A DNA stretch of 64,000 nucleotides from an uncultured Candidatus Saccharibacteria bacterium (GTDB taxonomy: Bacteria > Patescibacteriota > Minisyncoccia > Phycocordibacterales > UBA9973): assembly GCA_964505155.1 (NCBI GenBank), contig CAZDGL010000001.1, positions 1,286 through 65,285 of the forward strand, given 5' to 3'. This document shows positions 43,946 through 53,895 of the stretch, piece by piece. Position 1 is the stretch's first letter. Every line of letters starts with the position of its first letter. The notes below the pieces were generated by a model, which saw only the letters and a program-made list of their open reading frames with translations, was not told where the DNA came from and did not search any database. The translations under genes and the position numbers were made by a program.

Positions 43946-44692
43946 TTAATCAAATTCCAGATAGAGATCAAGCTTGTCGACTGCCTGATTATAATACTTC
44001 GGATCCATTTCCATACAGATCCACTTCCGATTTGTCTGCCGAGCAGCAAATGCCGTTGTACCAGATCCTGCGGTATTGTCCAGCACCAATTCACCCTCAT
44101 TCGTGTAGGTTCGAATGAGATATGCAAACAAATCGATAGGCTTCTGGGTAGGATGCTCCGTATCCGTCACTGATGTAAATTCCAGAACCGAATGCGGATA
44201 GTTGGTGTATTCCTGAATGAATTCTTCACCCGGTTTGATACCCATCTTTCCGTAGTTTGGAGTCTGGTTCTTTCCACCAATGCAGACCTTATTGATCTTC
44301 TTCACACCCTGAGGATTGTAAGTGGGCAGATTTTTGTAGAAAATCAGGACGTTTTCGTGTGATTTCATCGGCATCTTCTTAGCATTCAAGAAGCCGGTCT
44401 TTCGGGATTTGTACCAGATCCATTCATACTTCAGATATTGGATCTGGGACATACCGAGAGTCTTGTCAAATGGTGTCTGTGCGGTAAGCACAATCACACC
44501 ATTTGGCTTCAGGACTCTCCAATACGCTGGCCACAATTCCTCGTATGGAATGATGTTATCCCATGGGTTCTCGGTCGTGCCGTATGGAAGATCCGCTAGA
44601 ATCATATCCACCGATCCCTCAGGAAGCAGTGGGAATACTTTCAAGCAATCATCATTATAGAATGTGCCGTCAGGGAATTCCTTCTTAATCAT
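43946..44692 (-). CDS. DNA methyltransferase, beta-class (CcrM-like), paralog of 40928..41701
   Basis: ADLPYGTT ... DNTAGSGTTAFAA; about 55-60% identical to the other copy over conserved blocks. Confidence 0.75.
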   Translation of the reverse strand: MIKKEFPDGTFYNDDCLKVFPLLPEGSVDMILADLPYGTTENPWDNIIPYEELWPAYWRVLKPNGVIVLTAQTPFDKTLGMSQIQYLKYEWIWYKSRKTGFLNAKKMPMKSHENVLIFYKNLPTYNPQGVKKINKVCIGGKNQTPNYGKMGIKPGEEFIQEYTNYPHSVLEFTSVTDTEHPTQKPIDLFAYLIRTYTNEGELVLDNTAGSGTTAFAARQTNRKWICMEMDPKYYNQAVDKLDLYLEFD

Positions 44693-45047
44693 TATGTTGT
44701 GGAACTTCTCTATATACAGTCACAGGAATTTCATTGAAAGTGACCACAGGTTCCAATATGTAAGGAACACCATTCTTGAACCTATATCCCCAAATTTCTC
44801 CTCTATTATCACCTTCTGCAGACATGAATACGACATCACCATTGACGGAAGGATCATTCAAGGCATCAAGTGCCCAATCTTCCCACAAAAAGTCCTTATG
44901 CTCCATAGCATCGTAGTCGAATTCAAGTCCATACGTTTCGGAATAGCTGATGCTCTGATAGTTTTCTTGAGCAGCTTCAACAAGCTTATCAGCTACGTCC
45001 ATGGACATCTTAAGTGTATTTGTTTTAATTCCAATATTCCAACCCAT
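44685..45047 (-). CDS. hypothetical protein
   Basis: 120 aa ORF. Confidence 0.35.
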   Translation of the reverse strand: MGWNIGIKTNTLKMSMDVADKLVEAAQENYQSISYSETYGLEFDYDAMEHKDFLWEDWALDALNDPSVNGDVVFMSAEGDNRGEIWGYRFKNGVPYILEPVVTFNEIPVTVYREVPQHND

Positions 45048-46140
45048 TCACTCTCCTATTTTTTCAAGTTCTAATGCTTCTCTGTAAATAGAATCCATGA
45101 CACGAATTACCGCGTCCGATCTATTTCCTAAATTCATTCCTTTGATATGTGTAGTTATGTGCTTCGAAGTAGTATCGTTTTCAACAGCTACTACCTCTTC
45201 ATCACCTTCTACTACCACATCTTCCGTCAAATCATCGAATGTCAGCTTCAGAGGCTTAGATGCTTTGATTGCGTCTACCAATGAATTGTAGAGATACGGA
45301 TTTTGCTTGTTCTTTATTATCAATTGGACATAGACATCATTGTAGGATATCCGTCCATCCCGAATTCCCTTGACATCATCGAAGATCCGTTCTTCGGACT
45401 CCTGATTCAAATCATCGTAGACGTATCTACGGAAAACATTAAACGGATTTTCAACAAATTGTAGATCACTAGGATAATCCGTGTCCATGATATGAAAACC
45501 GCGTGGAGTGCCAAAATCTGCCCACGTATAGGCTCCTGTGGCTCCCAGATAGGTTATCGAACCGGACGACGATGGTGTGTGAAAATGGCCAGAAAGCGTC
45601 AAATCAAACTTCTTGAATTTCGCTGGATCCAGACCGTGCTCACACGACAATCCTGAATCCATTTTGAATCCATTGATTTCAAGATGGCCGAAACACATAG
45701 TAGAATGAGTCTCGGCCATCTTCTGCATGGACGCATGATAATTCTCTTCGTTAATCCAAGGCAACAAGAAAGTCTGTATACCACCGACCAAAATATCCTG
45801 TGCTTCGGTGTATATCTTTGCTTCCTTGTGCAGGAGTAACTCTAGAGCATTTAGAGCATTCGTATCCTTGTAGTATACGTCGTGATTCCCGGTTATGATT
45901 GAAAAATCAAATTCCTCAATCGGCTCCAGAAAGTGTGAGTATAGCACCTGCAAAGTCCGAAAGTCAATGTATTTTCGTGAGTCGACCAGATCACCCAAAT
46001 GCCAAACAGAAGAGATACCTTCTTCCTTTAGCTTTGGGAAGAAGGTTCTTCTGAAGAATTTTTCGGATGCTAGGTGAAAAGCTGTGTTATCGTTTCGGAT
46101 CCCAAAAGTGAGTGTCAGTTAGAATAGCAATTTTAGCCAT
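45048..46140 (-). CDS. 47: recombination nuclease subunit gp47 (Mre11/SbcD-like), interrupted by a +1 frameshift at the T4 run 46104..46107
   Basis: Main frame carries motifs II-V (WHLGDLVD, GNHD, GHLE, GHFH). A 17-codon frame from an ATG at 46138 with an AAGGAG SD encodes motif I (LTDTHF) in the +1 frame. Confidence 0.7.
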
Positions 46141-46333
46141 TTACCGACTCTCCTTTCATATTTTGTGTTGATTTATACAAAAGTGTATGTCCCTTGTGTT
46201 GTTTGTTTTTTCCTCTAGAAACTTGAATCACGTTCTAGTATATGCAGTTCTTTCATTCACTGATTCCTTCTTAGGTAGTGCTCTATCAATATAGTCTCTA
46301 ACATCCCGCAATCGCTTTACTAGGACTCCGTAC

Positions 46334-46969
46334 TCATTCGAATTCTTGCTCAAAGAATTCAGCTTCGTTACCAAATCCTGAATCATCACTGGGATCAACA
46401 TCTCTTGGTTCTTCATTACTTACTCCAACTTCTTCCATCTTCAGTTTTTTCTTGGCCTTACGCTCAGTGCGTCTACGCTCCATTTTCTTCTCAAACTTGT
46501 GGATGAATTCATTCAGGTTATCATAAGTCCCATCTTGATTCAAGGAAATGTTTTCCTCTTTTAGATGTTCTTCCAGATCCCAATTATCCACCACGTGATT
46601 GTGATAAGATTTGTACTTGATATAGGAAGTCTTTTCCTCCTCTTCAATTCTTCTCAGGAATGCGTACCACGAAATCGTGGTGAAGTATGCATGAGGGTTC
46701 TTATACTTTTCGATATCGAAATTATCGAAGTAGAGAATGCAGTTCTCGACCGCATCCGACTCCATTTCTTCCTTGAAAGAATAACCTATAAACTTACGAT
46801 TGTAGGTTAGACCCTTGGCAATCTTCAGGATGCATAGGCCACAGAAATCCGGTATTCGTGGTTTAGGATCGTCCTGATCCTCGGCTTCCCGAACCTTGGC
46901 CTTGTATTTCTTGATACTCTCTAGGAACTTTTCGTTATCAACGTAGTAGTTCTTTGGCAATTTTGACAT
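46334..46969 (-). CDS. 55: late-transcription sigma factor gp55
   Basis: KYKNPHAYFTTISWYAF collinear with T4 gp55 KYKNPHAYITQACFNAF. Confidence 0.8.
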   Translation of the reverse strand: MSKLPKNYYVDNEKFLESIKKYKAKVREAEDQDDPKPRIPDFCGLCILKIAKGLTYNRKFIGYSFKEEMESDAVENCILYFDNFDIEKYKNPHAYFTTISWYAFLRRIEEEEKTSYIKYKSYHNHVVDNWDLEEHLKEENISLNQDGTYDNLNEFIHKFEKKMERRRTERKAKKKLKMEEVGVSNEEPRDVDPSDDSGFGNEAEFFEQEFE

Positions 46970-47415
46970 TAATGAAGGTGTTTCTGTTTCGATGCTTCTA
47001 TCTGTGCTTCTTCACGTTCTTCATTTTCAATCATTCCACTGACATACGTCAAATAGGTATACTTCATATGGTCAGGTATAGTTGCATGGGTTAAAATTTT
47101 GTCATCCTTGATAGGGATAATCTGGGTTCCTAGAATATCCGCAGCAATCCATGGTTCAAATATCAAAGCATTCTCACCGTCTACTACAAGATGACCAAGC
47201 TTTAGTGGAAACTGAACCATATAGGTAGCATGAGGATTAGCAATGTCCTTGTTGACAATCGAGGATATTACCATTCCGAAGATCTCGTCTCCGGTTACTA
47301 GCTTCATGTACCGAGCAGTTCCCTTGATGGTTTTTGTATTCTTGACGTCCTTCTGGATTTGCTGCTCTTCTACGGATTCTTCTTCAGGTTCAGGTTTTGC
47401 TTTTCGTGGCATCAT
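46969..47415 (-). CDS. hypothetical protein
   Basis: 148 aa ORF. Confidence 0.4.
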   Translation of the reverse strand: MMPRKAKPEPEEESVEEQQIQKDVKNTKTIKGTARYMKLVTGDEIFGMVISSIVNKDIANPHATYMVQFPLKLGHLVVDGENALIFEPWIAADILGTQIIPIKDDKILTHATIPDHMKYTYLTYVSGMIENEEREEAQIEASKQKHLH

Positions 47416-48952
47416 TTGGTCCTTTTAATTGAATGCTATATGTGCGGACCTTAAATTTCTCCTCTGCATAGATTTCCCGTCGAGCCTCATAATGCTTGAC
47501 CGAATAATTAGGATCCGAACCTAGTTGTAGATCATCGGCAATATCGAACAAAGTTGCCTTGTCCTTAGATTTATGTGGTCTAAGGACTCGACCGATAGAC
47601 TGGAGATTTCTTATACGCTTTTTAGAAAATGAAGCGAAGATAGCATTGTGAAGATTGCGAATGTTTGTACCCATTCGGAGTACACCAAAAGAAGCGATAA
47701 CGATTGAGTTGTCTTCCATCTCAAGTCGTTTTCGAACATACTCACGGTATTCTGTAGATGCGTTGCCGTCGATGTAGTATACATTTCTTCCCTCTGGAGC
47801 ATTGGATTTGATGAGATCAAATAATCCCTTTCCATGTTTCTCAACTAGATGGAATAATATAAGGGTATTACCTTCTAGAGACAAGGCCAAGTTCTTAATG
47901 AAATTATTCCTATTCTGGTTCCCTACTAGAAAGTCTACTTCATCATTATAGTTGAAGGTCTTCTCATTTTTCTTTTTACCATCGTTTCGAAGCTTACGAA
48001 GCCTCTTGCAGGTTTCGGCATCATACTTCAGGATTAGAAACTTGATTTCCAGATCCGCTAGAACACCTCTTTCCATCAATTCGTGAGTCCGAACCAGTTG
48101 TGAGACCGGACCAAATAATCCCACAATCGTGCTGGTAGATGAATCCAGACCATCGAGCGTACCCGTGGCAGATATACGGACGCGAGCATTCACCAGATTT
48201 GACATGATACCGATGAGTGACTTTGCTTGGAATGTGTGAGCCTCGTCACCGATCACGAAATCGAATTGCTTCAGGAATTCCTCGTCCATGTTCTGTAGGG
48301 TTTGCCACGTCGTGATCATCAACTTCTTAGGTGATCGCTTCTCTTTTCCAGAATAAACCTTGTAGCAATAGTCCTCGGAATTCCATGAATCCTCTACGGC
48401 ATAATCATCGAAATCTCCAAACATCTGCTCGACCAGTGCCGTGGTTGGCACGATGAGGACTCCCTTCTTGTATCCATTTGCAAGAAGCCATCGGATAATG
48501 AGATAAATGATAAACGATTTGCCGGATCCAGTGGGAGACAGGAAAGTAAGCCGGTGTTTCCGAATTGCCTTGGTGAAATACTTAATCTGGTAATCTCTTG
48601 CATCAGGACCAAAATCCCACATATGTTGAGGAATATTCAGAGACTTGACAAATTCGAAAGCCTCTTTATAAGAGAATTCGGTGTCGGCATCTCCAGTGAG
48701 ATCCTCGACCGAATATGCGTTATTGCGAGCGAATGCAAGGACTTCGTCCTTCAGACCTCGATAGATCTCACCGTTATATGCCTTGAAATTTCGGATCTTA
48801 CCGTCCCACACTCGTTGCTTGAAAAGCGGAGCAAACTGATAGTTGGGAGCGAAGAAGGTGAAATGCTCACTTAGTTCATTTGATACTGATGGTGATGCGA
48901 TGAGCCGTAGATACGATTCATTGATAGGAAGAATTACGATGTCTGCAGTCAT
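47390..48952 (-). CDS. uvsW: UvsW-like SF2 DNA helicase
   Basis: Motif I SPTGSGKSF and motif II VIGDEAHTF with the helicase C-terminal block. Confidence 0.8.
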   Translation of the reverse strand: MTADIVILPINESYLRLIASPSVSNELSEHFTFFAPNYQFAPLFKQRVWDGKIRNFKAYNGEIYRGLKDEVLAFARNNAYSVEDLTGDADTEFSYKEAFEFVKSLNIPQHMWDFGPDARDYQIKYFTKAIRKHRLTFLSPTGSGKSFIIYLIIRWLLANGYKKGVLIVPTTALVEQMFGDFDDYAVEDSWNSEDYCYKVYSGKEKRSPKKLMITTWQTLQNMDEEFLKQFDFVIGDEAHTFQAKSLIGIMSNLVNARVRISATGTLDGLDSSTSTIVGLFGPVSQLVRTHELMERGVLADLEIKFLILKYDAETCKRLRKLRNDGKKKNEKTFNYNDEVDFLVGNQNRNNFIKNLALSLEGNTLILFHLVEKHGKGLFDLIKSNAPEGRNVYYIDGNASTEYREYVRKRLEMEDNSIVIASFGVLRMGTNIRNLHNAIFASFSKKRIRNLQSIGRVLRPHKSKDKATLFDIADDLQLGSDPNYSVKHYEARREIYAEEKFKVRTYSIQLKGPNDATKSKT

Positions 48953-49398
48953 TAACCTCCGCTTTGGAATTTATTCCAGTCGATCATGGACTTGATTTGC
49001 CACGTTCGATTATTCAATTCCTTAAGCACGAATTTACAAAATTCAACGATCTCATCATGAAAAACCTTCTTCAGTAGGATCTTGATCAAATCCTCATCCG
49101 TCTCCAGATACAAGGCAATATCGGTTTTTAGAATCTTCTTGCGCAGTGGTGGTAGGCCATGTTTTTCCAATTCATCACGGCTCACGATATCCCCACAATA
49201 GTATTCATATTTGACGCGCTTCTTGCGCTTCCATTCTGCTTCGATTGCCTTGGCAATTTTTGAATGGTTGGTCAGAATGCCAGTATATTTGGAATGTAGT
49301 TTCCCGGTCTTGGCATTCGAGGAATTCAGATCAAATTGATCAATTTCCGAATCCTCAGTCCACATACGGACAAGCTCGTCCGAATCCTTTATAATCAT
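48952..49398 (-). CDS. uvsY: UvsY-like recombination mediator
   Basis: LHSKYTGILTNHSKIAKAIEAEWKRKKRVKYEYYCG parallels T4 UvsY LYSKWLNKHSSIKKEMLRIEAQKKVALKARLDYYSG. Confidence 0.55.
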   Translation of the reverse strand: MIIKDSDELVRMWTEDSEIDQFDLNSSNAKTGKLHSKYTGILTNHSKIAKAIEAEWKRKKRVKYEYYCGDIVSRDELEKHGLPPLRKKILKTDIALYLETDEDLIKILLKKVFHDEIVEFCKFVLKELNNRTWQIKSMIDWNKFQSGG

Positions 49399-49447
49399 TA
49401 GCTACTCCACGACGAGTTATCATTATAGCAAGCTAGATATATGCGAG

Positions 49448-49957
49448 TCAAGCACCATTTTCAATAATTTCAAAATAATCATACTGTAGAGTGAGACTGG
49501 ATTTCAGAATTGTATTATCGGGAGTTGACGTATCCATTTCAATCCGGGATAGAGCTATCGGATGACAATTGATGAATTTGATTGCCAGAGAGTCGGTCCA
49601 CGAATTGCTGTAAAGATTCATGAACCCTTCGAAGTACTTACCCTTGGCAGCTTGACGAGCATAATCGGCACGCGTCTTCGCTGGTGCCAGACCGTTCATC
49701 CACTTGAAGGTCTTTAGCCAAACTTTCAATTCTTTGTCCACCGTGAAGGTGATATTCAATTGCTCGAATTCCAACTTGTCACCATGAAAATATATGGTAG
49801 ACAACGGTGATTCTCTCTGTGCTGGTGGTAAACTTACACCGGGAATTGGAATGCCTGTTCCAAAATACTTCAGTTCTGGAATTCCTACAATACCGAACTC
49901 CCACTTGTTCCCTTGTAGCGGATTCATGTTGATATTAGAACTCAATTCTTTGTTCAT
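49448..49957 (-). CDS. hypothetical (possibly structural) protein
   Basis: 169 aa ORF adjacent to the structural region. Confidence 0.3.
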   Translation of the reverse strand: MNKELSSNINMNPLQGNKWEFGIVGIPELKYFGTGIPIPGVSLPPAQRESPLSTIYFHGDKLEFEQLNITFTVDKELKVWLKTFKWMNGLAPAKTRADYARQAAKGKYFEGFMNLYSNSWTDSLAIKFINCHPIALSRIEMDTSTPDNTILKSSLTLQYDYFEIIENGA

Positions 49958-50179
49958 TAAGATCCTTGGATTCGTGTTGCTTTCTTACATGGATCATGCA
50001 GATTTCTCTTGACATGGCCATTTTATGCTGGTAGCGCTACGCGCGTGCGCTGTAATAACTGTTTACTCTTGTTAAGAACAAGATGATTTCTAGTTATTTA
50101 TCTTGTCAACAACAGTTCCTATGCCTTCAGGCATTCGCGTCGATAGACGCGATTATAGAGTACTGTAAGGATTTTTCTA

Positions 50180-50203
50180 CGAAAAATGGCTCCTAGCGGA
50201 GCC
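50180..50203 (-). terminator. rho-independent terminator (minus strand)
   Basis: GGCTCC-gcta-GGAGCC followed by ATTTTTC, downstream of the HNH gene stop. Confidence 0.6.
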
Positions 50204-50232
50204 ACCATCTTGATAGGATTTTGTTGAGAGGT

Positions 50233-50784
50233 TTATTTACAAAGATAAGATATTGCTCTCTTCAAGTATTCTACATTATCTTTAAAATGTCCTAATCCAT
50301 GATTACAATTCTGACATAATAATCCACGAAATCTACCCGTTTCATGACAATGATCAATTGATAATTCTTGTGATGATGGTGAATTACAATCACAAATCGA
50401 ACAAGTTTGTTGAACTTCTAATAAATGAAGAATATATTCTTCATTTTCAACTAATCCTAAAGATCTAATTTTTCGTTTTCTTAAAATAATTTTCTGTTTC
50501 TCTGGGTTATCTTGTTCCCATTTTCTTCTATGATATTCACGACGTTGTTTTTGTTCTTCAGTGGCATTAGCATTACGATATCGTTGGTTTGCAGCTTCAC
50601 ATTCACGACACGTGGATCTTGGTCGTGGAATTTTTCTAGTTCTAATTCTAAAATCATCAACAGGTTTTTTTGTCAAACATTTGACGCAAGTTTTTGTAGT
50701 TTCATTGTATCCGTAGTTACATGAACGACATTTTAGGGAGCGGGAATCTTTTAGGTTCCCACACCCACACAAATCTTTTGGCAT
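50233..50784 (-). CDS. HNH endonuclease
   Basis: IDHCHETGRFRGLLCQNCNHGLGH; CTAAATA at 50816..50822 plus a hairpin upstream. Confidence 0.75.
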   Translation of the reverse strand: MPKDLCGCGNLKDSRSLKCRSCNYGYNETTKTCVKCLTKKPVDDFRIRTRKIPRPRSTCRECEAANQRYRNANATEEQKQRREYHRRKWEQDNPEKQKIILRKRKIRSLGLVENEEYILHLLEVQQTCSICDCNSPSSQELSIDHCHETGRFRGLLCQNCNHGLGHFKDNVEYLKRAISYLCK

Positions 50785-50834
50785 TAATCCTCATAAGAGT
50801 GGGTTTCTTCACTCTTATTTAGTACATTGAGGAT

Positions 50835-51257
50835 CTATACCTTTTTAGCACACTCTGGTCCAATACCACTTGCGAGAGAGGTCGGTGTGGTAAGAAGTCT
50901 GTTGCACCGACCGCATTTACCGCTGTGGGAAATGTTGAGGTTCTCGCGAATCTTACCTTCCTTCAACCCATCCATCATGTAGTTGAAAGCGCGAACCGGG
51001 ATCGACTCCGCAGTCATTTTCGACTTCTTCGTCAGGACCAGAGTCTCGTTGGCACCCATGATCCCGATGTAGGTGTAGTCCGTCTCATTCGAGGGACCAG
51101 TCAGGACCGAGACGAAGGCAATATCCTTGTCCTTCGGACGCTTCACCCGGAAGGTGAAGTGCTTGGCAGTCTTGGTCGACTCCAGCGTGATCGTGGAATT
51201 CCCTGCGAGGAGGAAGGTCTTGGCATCAATCGCGTTGTCAAACATGGGTAGCTCCAT
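50835..51257 (-). CDS. hypothetical protein with C-terminal Zn-ribbon-like CxxC...CxxC
   Basis: 140 aa ORF. Confidence 0.35.
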   Translation of the reverse strand: MELPMFDNAIDAKTFLLAGNSTITLESTKTAKHFTFRVKRPKDKDIAFVSVLTGPSNETDYTYIGIMGANETLVLTKKSKMTAESIPVRAFNYMMDGLKEGKIRENLNISHSGKCGRCNRLLTTPTSLASGIGPECAKKV

Positions 51258-51293
51258 TTGATGAACCTACCATACTTCATTTCTGAAAACTTG

Positions 51294-51959
51294 TCAATAG
51301 AGAATTTGAAAATAACCCGAAGCGAGCCAATTATCGTTCCCAGAATCGGACATGGAAACTGAATAGTTTAACGGTGGGAAAGTGCTAAAGCACCGATATT
51401 TTGCATATAGCTTGGTGTTTACAGATACCACTTCACCATCTTCCGTAATAGACATGGATCTCCCTGATACCGCATTATCAGCACCAAAGATGCCGAATGC
51501 GACAAGAGCAGTTCTGAGTGTCGATATCGATACGTTCTGAGTGGTAGGAGTAGCATTCGTTCCTTGGGACTGAAACGATTGGTTGATGCCAAGAATCTTG
51601 AAGTTTGGTCGAAAGACCATCATGAATTTGTCGTCTTCAAGTCCTGAGATATTATGAAGACCAGTGAAGGTTTGACCAGCTTCGGTTCCGGTTGCCAATA
51701 GATAAGAAAGTTTGGCACGGTGTGAATCACCACCTGTTTCATTGATGATGTTGGTGAATTCTGGAATAGCAGTATCATTGACATCAAAAACCGAACCGTT
51801 TGATTGCTCGATGAGTACCACAAGATCATTATATCGAAGATCTGTTGGTGCCGTGATTTGTTCGGCATTAACGATTGTGCTGGTCACGTACCGCATTTTG
51901 AATACAGAATCAGGATTCGCTTGCGATAAAATTCCTAGATTTTGACCGACTACTGGCAT
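51294..51959 (-). CDS. hypothetical (possibly structural) protein
   Basis: 221 aa ORF. Confidence 0.35.
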   Translation of the reverse strand: MPVVGQNLGILSQANPDSVFKMRYVTSTIVNAEQITAPTDLRYNDLVVLIEQSNGSVFDVNDTAIPEFTNIINETGGDSHRAKLSYLLATGTEAGQTFTGLHNISGLEDDKFMMVFRPNFKILGINQSFQSQGTNATPTTQNVSISTLRTALVAFGIFGADNAVSGRSMSITEDGEVVSVNTKLYAKYRCFSTFPPLNYSVSMSDSGNDNWLASGYFQILY

Positions 51960-53398
51960 ATGATCGATCCAGAAAACAGGAAGTTACCGTTGCCTTCGTC
52001 GTCCATATCAATGGAAGCGTTCGCGGTTGCGGTGTTTGCTGTATGCCATACAACGTATTCGGACGTAGATGCTCGGTGTTCACCATTTGATGTCAAATTG
52101 AATGTTCTAGGAGATACTGCACCAGAAGAACGATATGCGGCAAAAATGATACCCGGAGGAACGACGTTCGCTAGCTGGACACCCTGATCCGCATCGGTTG
52201 CAGCAACGTTATTCAGAGCACCGATATAGACGTTAGAGAACGGTACATTTCCTCGAAAAATGACAATGATGTGTCGATTAGTCGTATCGGCATCAAATCC
52301 GTTCAGGATTGTACCACCTTCGTTTCCTTCAGCAATTTTCATTGACAGTGAAAGTCTGGATGTGGTAGAGTAAGCTCTCGATACAATCGGAATGAAATTG
52401 GTCTGAGCAGCATTGTTTGGAATAGATGCTGCGTTTGCACCGAAGTCATAGAATAAGATCAGATCACCAAACTGAACGTTGGTTGGAACACCTACGGTTC
52501 CGGTTTGGGAGTTTGAAGCATTTACCTGACGGATATCAGACACAGCAACGCGGTTTGTAGGCCCATACGCGTGCCACACGTTCGCTTTCTGCATATGTAG
52601 GCCAGAAGCTACGTATTGTCCAGAAAATTCTAGAGTTGCGTGATAATTTCCGTTTAATAGAACACCATTTGCTGTCGTAATTCTGGTATTGACATTTCCC
52701 CACTTGGCCACATCGATTCGGGTTCCGTTATTGAAAGCAACCTGACCGAAGTTTGGAATCTGGACGTTCGCATTCGCACCTGATACGATGACGTTAGAAG
52801 CTACGAGCTTACCTTTGTCGGTAAGAACTAGTGTATAGTTATTGACGGTTTGTTCATTGATGGTCTGGATCGTGTTATCGATACCGGATACCGAAGCATT
52901 CGTCCAACCATTCGCTGCTGCACCGATAGATACAGCAACGGAATTAGCGATGTTTGCTGCGGAGTTTGCATATCCAAGAGCAAACGAAATCGTAGCATAT
53001 GGACCTAGAGCCGTGGTTAATTCGGAAGAAGTGATGTAGTCATCCAGATCAGTCGTCGTCACATAGTCTGCTAGTTCTGCGGATAGTTCGGCATCTGTGA
53101 CGTAGTCAGCTAGATCCGCAGTGAGGACCAGATCATTGTAGTCGATTCCGGTGGATTTGATTTTGGTGCCATCGGTGGATGCATAAACGGTAAGAACGTT
53201 TACGGTCGTGCCACCATGCGAAGTGACATTACCGGAAGCATTTCCAGAAGGTCCATTGGAAGACGCAGCAACGACGCTCAAATTTATGTATCGGTCACGG
53301 GAACCCTCAGGTTCGTCCATGAGCAACACGTAAATTCGAGCGTTATCTGCGATATCAGATAGTTCGGGGATCGTAGGATCCGAAAGCTTTTTTGACAT
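51950..53398 (-). CDS. fibrous protein with tandem ~13-aa repeats (fibritin/whisker or decoration-like)
   Basis: Repeats TADLADYVTDAEL / SAELADYVTTTDL / DDYITSSEL followed by a Gly/Asn/Thr-rich beta-rich region; 482 aa. Confidence 0.4.
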   Translation of the reverse strand: MSKKLSDPTIPELSDIADNARIYVLLMDEPEGSRDRYINLSVVAASSNGPSGNASGNVTSHGGTTVNVLTVYASTDGTKIKSTGIDYNDLVLTADLADYVTDAELSAELADYVTTTDLDDYITSSELTTALGPYATISFALGYANSAANIANSVAVSIGAAANGWTNASVSGIDNTIQTINEQTVNNYTLVLTDKGKLVASNVIVSGANANVQIPNFGQVAFNNGTRIDVAKWGNVNTRITTANGVLLNGNYHATLEFSGQYVASGLHMQKANVWHAYGPTNRVAVSDIRQVNASNSQTGTVGVPTNVQFGDLILFYDFGANAASIPNNAAQTNFIPIVSRAYSTTSRLSLSMKIAEGNEGGTILNGFDADTTNRHIIVIFRGNVPFSNVYIGALNNVAATDADQGVQLANVVPPGIIFAAYRSSGAVSPRTFNLTSNGEHRASTSEYVVWHTANTATANASIDMDDEGNGNFLFSGSIICQ

Positions 53399-53418
53399 TT
53401 AATCCCTGTGTTCAGGGA

Positions 53419-53895
53419 TTATTTATTCTTTCTGGACAGCTTTTTGTGAAAACGATCCGTGTAAGACATGTCTCCATTGTTGGAATAAGTCTTTCGAATA
53501 TCCTTGATAACGTATGATGGAATCCGAAACCACTTCAGGGTTCGGTACATCCAGTATGGAATATTCCCTCGTTCGTTATTGCATTGCGAACACATCATCA
53601 CGCAATTCTTGAGACCATTCGCTCGCGTCTGAGACGCTGGAATGACATGGTCGAATGTAGCGCGATTGTGTGCTCGCGCATCGTTCTTGAGCTTGCTGTT
53701 GTGCTCTGGGATAAAGCAGAATTTCTTGCAAACAATACAAAATCCCTTCTGTTCGGCATATCGAACCAAAAGGGATCTCGCTCGTTGTCGTCCAAACCTG
53801 CTCTTGCTTTGGTTAAAGGTACCAGCAGAATTGTTGAGCGATTGGATATAGATCTGGACTTCTGACAGTCCAGACCAGTTTGGCTTTTTAAACAT
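53419..53895 (-). CDS. HNH endonuclease
   Basis: FDHVIPASQTRANGLKNCVMMCSQCNNERGN. Confidence 0.7.
   Translation of the reverse strand: MFKKPNWSGLSEVQIYIQSLNNSAGTFNQSKSRFGRQRARSLLVRYAEQKGFCIVCKKFCFIPEHNSKLKNDARAHNRATFDHVIPASQTRANGLKNCVMMCSQCNNERGNIPYWMYRTLKWFRIPSYVIKDIRKTYSNNGDMSYTDRFHKKLSRKNK

Noticed and set aside
46228-46416. 62-aa ORF overlapping the 3' end of gene 55
   Set aside because: Overlaps 83 nt of the well-conserved gp55 C-terminus in another frame; probably spurious.
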